Assembly (NCBI GenBank): GCA_964291315.2
Contig: OZ219750.1
Location: 224,001 to 288,000, forward strand
Direction of reading: 5' to 3'
DNA: 64,000 nt
From: Candidatus Poribacteria bacterium
GTDB taxonomy: Bacteria; Poribacteria; WGA-4E; WGA-3G
In this document: positions 59,027 to 64,000 of the stretch, piece by piece
How positions within the stretch are numbered: the first letter of the stretch is position 1
How the letters are laid out: every line of letters starts with the position of its first letter
Program-made: the position numbers and the translations under genes
Notes under the pieces: generated by a model
What the model saw: only the letters and a program-made list of their open reading frames with translations
Database searches by the model: none
What the model was told of the DNA's origin: nothing

Positions 59027-60067
59027 ATGAAAGCAGCTATACTTGAAAGTCTTGCGAGTTTAAGTGTGAAGGAAGTTCCCGAACCCGAAATTGACGATGA
59101 TGCTGCTTTAATGCGCGTTGAGGCTGTCAGTATATGTGGTTCTGATGTCCGCATTCTCCATCACGGTAACCCAAGGGTCAAACCTCCTGCTATTATTGGA
59201 CATGAAAATTCCGGGGTCATCGTTAAAACTGGCAAAAACGTAACGCGCGTCAAAGAAGGTGAGCGAGTGTCGATCGGTGCTGATGTTCCCTGTGGGCAGT
59301 GCCATTGGTGTCGAGATGGCCGCGGAAACAATTGTGCCATTAACTATGCTATCGGTTATCAAATTCCTGGTGCTTTTGCACAATATATGAAGCTCCCGCG
59401 TCTAGTTTTGGAGGGTGGGCCGGTTACACCTTTTGACGCGACCCTCAGTTTTGATGAGGCTGCGTTGGCTGAACCGCTGGCTTGCGCTATTAACGGGCTT
59501 GAGCTCGTCAACATGTCTCTCGGAAAAACAGTCGTTATCATTGGGCTAGGCCCCATCGGATGTATGATGATTGACCTCGCTCGGATTATGGGTGCCACAA
59601 AGGTGATCGGTGTCCAGCGAAGCAAGCTCCGTATGGAGATTGCGAAATTCTACGAGGCGGATGCTTATATCGCTTCTGAAGAGGAAGATGTTATTGAAAG
59701 ATGCAGGGAAGAAACGGGCGGCGAGGGCCCGGATATTGTCGTTACGACGTGTGGCTCTGTTGATGCGCATGAGCAAGGGGTTGAAATGGTCGCACACCGT
59801 GGATATGTCAATCTATTTGGTGGATTGCCAAAGACGATGCGCCCGATGAGCGTTCACTCAAATGTTATCCACTACAAGGAGTGTTTTGTCACAGGCTCAC
59901 ATGGATGTGTCCCGCGCCATCATGAGTTAGCGGTTCGGCTTCTTGAAAAAGGATTAGTGCGTGTGAAGCCGCTAATCACGCATCACTTTCCGCTCGTTGA
60001 GATTGACAAGGCGTTTGAAGCAATGGAATCCCGGAAGGGAATGAAGATTATGATACACCCGCATTAG
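59027..60067 (+). CDS. Zinc-dependent alcohol/polyol dehydrogenase (L-iditol 2-dehydrogenase-like)
   Basis: ICGSD, GHE, structural Zn Cys4, GLGPIG, N.IHYKE..VTGSHG. Confidence 0.88.
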   Translation: MKAAILESLASLSVKEVPEPEIDDDAALMRVEAVSICGSDVRILHHGNPRVKPPAIIGHENSGVIVKTGKNVTRVKEGERVSIGADVPCGQCHWCRDGRGNNCAINYAIGYQIPGAFAQYMKLPRLVLEGGPVTPFDATLSFDEAALAEPLACAINGLELVNMSLGKTVVIIGLGPIGCMMIDLARIMGATKVIGVQRSKLRMEIAKFYEADAYIASEEEDVIERCREETGGEGPDIVVTTCGSVDAHEQGVEMVAHRGYVNLFGGLPKTMRPMSVHSNVIHYKECFVTGSHGCVPRHHELAVRLLEKGLVRVKPLITHHFPLVEIDKAFEAMESRKGMKIMIHPH

Positions 60068-60084
60068 GAGAAGAAAGGGAGATA

Positions 60085-60600
60085 ATGCAGGATTTTTCGC
60101 GGTTTATTCGAGAAGTACCCGATTTTCCGAAACCTAATATTTTATTCAAAGATATCACGCCACTTTTAGCAAATCCAGCTGCTTTTCATAAAGTAATTGA
60201 TGAGTTTGTACTCCGTTATGAATCTAAAGTAATTGATGCTGTTGTTGGAGTAGAGGCGCGCGGCTTCATTTTTGCTTCTGCCCTCGCTTACCGCCTGGGT
60301 TCCGCTTTTGTCCCCATCCGAAAAAGCGGTAAATTACCCTTTGATAAGTATGAAGTCACGTATGATCTTGAATACAGTAATGATACAGTGGCAATTCATC
60401 AAGATGCGTTTTCCAAAGGCAGTAAAGTGCTACTATGTGACGATATCCTAGCAACTGGTGGGACGCTTGCTGCGTCGGTCAGACTCATTGAAAAGCTAGA
60501 GGGGCACCTCGTTGGCATCGCTTTCTTAATTGAATTGACCGAACTCAACGGTAGGGGGAAGATTCCAAACCACGATATTTTTTCGCTCATTAAATACTAA
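60085..60600 (+). CDS. apt: Adenine phosphoribosyltransferase
   Basis: PDFPKP.I.FKDITPLL, EARGF, RK.GKLP, DDILATGGT. Confidence 0.96.
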   Translation: MQDFSRFIREVPDFPKPNILFKDITPLLANPAAFHKVIDEFVLRYESKVIDAVVGVEARGFIFASALAYRLGSAFVPIRKSGKLPFDKYEVTYDLEYSNDTVAIHQDAFSKGSKVLLCDDILATGGTLAASVRLIEKLEGHLVGIAFLIELTELNGRGKIPNHDIFSLIKY

Positions 60601-60654
60601 ATTTTGCCCACATGCGGCGAAATTTGTCTTGATTCGAATTCATATTGGTCGCTT

Positions 60655-60727
60655 GCGCCTGTAGCTCAGGGGATAGAGCAGAGGCTTCCTAAGCCTCGTG
60701 TCGGGGGTTCGATTCCTCCCAGGCGCG
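60655..60727 (+). tRNA. tRNA-Arg (anticodon CCT), CCA not encoded
   Basis: Acceptor GCGCCTG/CAGGCGC; D arm GCTC..GAGC; anticodon arm GAGGC-TTCCTAA-GCCTC; T loop GTTCGATTC. Confidence 0.97.
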
Positions 60728-60734
60728 TTAACGG

Positions 60735-60842
60735 TTGATTGCTATCAGCTGTTAGAAACCATCTGTCGTTTATTTGTGACGGTAAGACGTTCACAATCGT
60801 TACATGTCTTACTGACTGCTGACGGCTGCTTGACTAACAACT
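60735..60842. repeat. Intergenic heptamer-armed element
   Basis: Left arm GCTATCA-GCTGTTA-G; right arm CTGACTG-CTGACGG-CTG. Confidence 0.55.
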
Positions 60843-60869
60843 ATTCTAATGTCTTAGGAGTAAAATTGG

Positions 60870-62831
60870 ATGTACAGATTTAATATCTGGAAAATTGTTT
60901 TAATCGTGGGGGTTTTGATATTTTCTGCGCTATACCTCATTCCTACCCCGGATAATCTCTACAATTCGTTGTATGGGAATCTCCCGCTTTGGATGCAGGA
61001 AGAGCTTCCGCTTTTTGAAGTCAGCGAAGACAGTGAAAAAAAGAGTGTGGCTTTTAAAGTGAACCTTGCAGAAGTCGAGTACCCGCAAGGGGTAAACTTC
61101 CAGGATACGACCTTTGAGCTGCAGGATATCTTCCGCGTTCATTTAAGGAATCTTGGTTTTGAGGAGACGTTTGATTATGAATTTGATACCACGGAAGCGC
61201 GCGAATTTTACGTTCGACTTGTTTCGGAGGAGGCGCTTCAAAACCCACACCTGACGCTTGAGAATTTGCATCTATATGGTAGCCTTCCTGTAATCCTCCG
61301 ACGGCTTATACCGGACAATAGGTTGAAGTTAGGTTTGGATCTCAAAGGTGGTGTACACCTTGTCCTTGAAGTAGATTTAGAGACCTCTAAAACAGCGCTG
61401 CTCCGCGAACACGCGATCTCGATTCCAGAACGTCTTCGCGCAGATGATGTTTTGTGTCGAGACGTTCAGCAGGTGGGCGGACAGGATATTCTCAATGTGT
61501 TCATAGGTATTCCTTCTCGGATCCGAACGGATGCTGCACAAAAGGCGGCTTATCTTGAGAGAGCCGGGCAACTCTTGAGCGAAATCGAATTTTTTGAGTC
61601 TCCTCGGATACAAGCTGAGACAGAGACACAATCTACATATCAACTAAAACTTAGCGAATCGGGCATACAGCAGTACACTGAACAGGCGATTGAGCAAGTA
61701 CTCATTGTGCTTCGAAATCGCGTCGATGCCTTCGGTGTTTCGGAGCCCTCAATCCGTCGAGAGGCGAACCATCCTCGAATTATTGTTGAGCTCCCGGGTG
61801 CTAAAGATTCCTCGAAACCGCTCCAAATTGTGAAGGCAATGGGCCGGCTCGAATTTAAACTGGTTAAAAAACCGTCTACTGGCGGGAGTTTATGGAGTGG
61901 AACTGCCGATACACCGCCTCCGGATAATATACCCGAAGATAGCGAAATCCGATACCATTCCGAAACCGGCGATTGGTACGTTTTGGAAAGTCCGGTACTC
62001 TTGAGCGGTGACCGCATTAACGACGCTGGCCCCTCTACCGGTAGAACTAATTTTGACATAGTTGTTTCGATGAGTTTTGATAGTATAGGTAGGCGGAAGT
62101 TTGCTGAGATCACGGGTGCCCATATCGGGGAACACTTGGCAATCCTTCTTGATGACAAAGTCCAATCTGCACCCGTTATTCAGGACCAAATTGTCGGAAA
62201 CGCTATTATTCAGGGGAACTTCACTTATGAGGAAGCCAGTTATCTCTCCAATATCTTGAAAGCCGGGGCGTTTCCAGTAGGGGTCCAGATCGCAGAAGAA
62301 CGTGCCGTTGGCCCGACCCTTGGAAAAGAATCTATTGAGGACGGTATTATTGCCGCTATCGTCGGTTTAGGGGGGGTCTTAATCTTCATGATAATCTACT
62401 ACCGTTTATCTGGGATTATCGCAATCGTTGCACTTGTTTTTAATATGCTCATCATTCTCGGGGCGTTGGCAGGATTTGGGGCAGCATTGACTCTGCCCGG
62501 TATTGCCGGACTCGTGCTCACTATTGGTATGTCTGTTGATGCGAATGTGCTCATCTTTGAACGAATTCGAGAAGAATTGCGAACTGGTAAAACTGTCAAC
62601 TCCGCGATTGCTAGTGGATATCAACGGGCATTTCTAACGATCTTAGATGCCAACCTTACGACTTTCTTTACTGCCCTTGTCCTTTACCACTTCGGGACAG
62701 GTCCAATTAAAGGATTTGCCGTAACACTTGGCATCGGTATTCTTGCAAGTATGTTCACAGCGATTGTCGTCACACGCGAAATATACGCTTGGACAGTTGG
62801 AAATAGGGACACAGAGAAACTCAGCATTTAG
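60870..62831 (+). CDS. secD: Protein translocase subunit SecD
   Basis: LGLDLKGG, RVDAFGVSEP.I, VGPTLG, LTLPGIAG, GMSVDANVLIFERIREE, GTGPIKGFA. Confidence 0.97.
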   Translation: MYRFNIWKIVLIVGVLIFSALYLIPTPDNLYNSLYGNLPLWMQEELPLFEVSEDSEKKSVAFKVNLAEVEYPQGVNFQDTTFELQDIFRVHLRNLGFEETFDYEFDTTEAREFYVRLVSEEALQNPHLTLENLHLYGSLPVILRRLIPDNRLKLGLDLKGGVHLVLEVDLETSKTALLREHAISIPERLRADDVLCRDVQQVGGQDILNVFIGIPSRIRTDAAQKAAYLERAGQLLSEIEFFESPRIQAETETQSTYQLKLSESGIQQYTEQAIEQVLIVLRNRVDAFGVSEPSIRREANHPRIIVELPGAKDSSKPLQIVKAMGRLEFKLVKKPSTGGSLWSGTADTPPPDNIPEDSEIRYHSETGDWYVLESPVLLSGDRINDAGPSTGRTNFDIVVSMSFDSIGRRKFAEITGAHIGEHLAILLDDKVQSAPVIQDQIVGNAIIQGNFTYEEASYLSNILKAGAFPVGVQIAEERAVGPTLGKESIEDGIIAAIVGLGGVLIFMIIYYRLSGIIAIVALVFNMLIILGALAGFGAALTLPGIAGLVLTIGMSVDANVLIFERIREELRTGKTVNSAIASGYQRAFLTILDANLTTFFTALVLYHFGTGPIKGFAVTLGIGILASMFTAIVVTREIYAWTVGNRDTEKLSI

Positions 62832-62840
62832 TGATTTCCG

Positions 62841-62939
62841 GTTGTTAGCTATCAGTGATCAGTTAGCAGTAGATAGGACGGGTGTTCGTTTCGCTACTGC
62901 TATAAATTGCCTTTAATTGATAACTAACGACTGGCAATT
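62841..62939. repeat. Intergenic heptamer-armed element between secD and secF
   Basis: GTTGTTA-GCTATCA-GTGATCA-GTTAGCA ... ATTGATA-ACTAACG-ACTGGCA-ATT, imperfect inverted arms. Confidence 0.6.
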
Positions 62940-63012
62940 TTATTTTTTATGGAGGGATGGTTGTCTAAGAAATGATTTTTGGATATCGGTTCAACTGACA
63001 ACTACTAAAAAA

Positions 63013-64000
63013 TTGGAATTACTCAGAAATACAAACTTCGATTTTATCAGTAAACACCGCGCTGGATTTGTGTTATCAGCGGTGGTCATCAGTATAGGTC
63101 TGATTTTCCTCATAATCCATCAAGGACCGAACTTTGGAATTGACTTTCGTGGTGGTGTTAAAATTCGGGCCAAGTTCAACAGGGTCGTTACGGAAGTCGA
63201 GTTGCAATCGAAACTTTCTGAAATCGGTTATGAACGTGCCAAGATCCAAATAGATGAAAGCAGAAACGAGGCGACTATCTCCATGGGGCACCGTCCGGAA
63301 TTTCAACAGCAGCTAGTTAATATACCCATCATGGCGGATCCGGGTGATGCAACTGCTACACGTCTACAGGTGGATAGCGCTGTCGAAAAATCACATCTCT
63401 TGGAAGTGGGTGAGACCGTTGAGCTTATTGATGGAGATCTGCGTCAGCGCAATGAGATTACCGCGCAGACCGTGGAAGATGGGGCAATTCAATTAACCTT
63501 CGCGAATCCGTTCGGGATTGATTTAAGCGAGAACGCCACCGTTCAGCTCCAAGCGAGTATCGGTAGGATTCTCACAGATGCGCTGCTTGAAGGCGGAACC
63601 GATTGGCGAGCGCTTGTTGGCGGTGTTAATGTTTCTGAAGTCGGTCCTAGTGTTGGCCGTGATCTGAAGTGGGCGGCACTGTGGTCTGTCCTCTGGTCGA
63701 TCATTATTTTGTTGGCTTACATTTCTTGGAGGTTTGAATTCCGATTTGCTATTGGAGCAATTGCTGCACTTGTCCACGATGTCCTAATTACTTTAGGGAT
63801 TTTCGCTGTGTTATCCAAAGAGATTAATCTGCCGACAGTCGCAGCATTTTTGACAATTATCGGGTATTCGCTCAACGACACAATTGTTGTATTTGACCGG
63901 ATACGAGAGAATTCCCAATCTTTGCGTGGCACCGATTACCTTACGGTGCTAAACCGAAGCATCAATCAATCGCTCAGTCGAACTTTTATTACATCTTTGA
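63013..64000 (+). CDS. secF: Protein translocase subunit SecF (partial, runs off the window; not in ORF track)
   Basis: From TTG 63013: (M)ELLRNTNFDFI...GIDFRGG...VGPSVG.DL...ALVHDV...GYSLNDTIVVFDRIREN. Confidence 0.95.
   Translation, partial: MELLRNTNFDFISKHRAGFVLSAVVISIGLIFLIIHQGPNFGIDFRGGVKIRAKFNRVVTEVELQSKLSEIGYERAKIQIDESRNEATISMGHRPEFQQQLVNIPIMADPGDATATRLQVDSAVEKSHLLEVGETVELIDGDLRQRNEITAQTVEDGAIQLTFANPFGIDLSENATVQLQASIGRILTDALLEGGTDWRALVGGVNVSEVGPSVGRDLKWAALWSVLWSIIILLAYISWRFEFRFAIGAIAALVHDVLITLGIFAVLSKEINLPTVAAFLTIIGYSLNDTIVVFDRIRENSQSLRGTDYLTVLNRSINQSLSRTFITSL

Noticed and set aside
60655-60870. tRNA-anchored integrative element
   Set aside because: No integrase and no duplicated tRNA 3' end noticed; the flanks are core genes apt and secD.

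Overview
Bacterial chromosomal window containing the replication-origin region: gyrA-gyrB-dciA-recF-[oriC]-dnaA on the minus strand and rpmH-ispH on the plus strand. No dnaN lies between dnaA and recF, and no rnpA/yidC follows rpmH. The gene repertoire (extended ECF sigma factor, TPR proteins, C25 peptidase + PorV-like barrel, many sugar/polyol enzymes) suggests Candidatus Poribacteria or a similar diderm candidate phylum; this is inference only. The first ~5.5 kb is a decaying accessory patch: M48 peptidase pseudogene, IS630 and IS982 remnants, an ABC-ATPase fragment, an intact ECF sigma factor and a MacB-like permease. The rest is mostly core or metabolic: Rieske/cytochrome b, an orphan N4C/N6A methyltransferase, NtrY/NtrX-like pair + pseudopilin + PilD, PMI/PGI, a peptidoglycan-recycling trio, hisC, GH2, a polyol cluster, apt, tRNA-Arg(CCT) and secD-secF. 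Most notable: (i) an oriC with a perfect 22-bp palindrome, an 11-bp-phased TTATGCACA array and a B. subtilis-like DnaA-trio element, next to a DnaA with a divergent domain IV signature; (ii) a porU-porV-like T9SS attachment module; (iii) heptamer-armed repeat elements that also sit in frame inside proteins; (iv) a hidden frameshifted Cys-rich peptide and a promoter-backed candidate sRNA at ~56 kb; (v) a solo, catalytically degenerate HEPN protein behind an ECF-type promoter. All family calls come from motif recognition by eye, not database searches.
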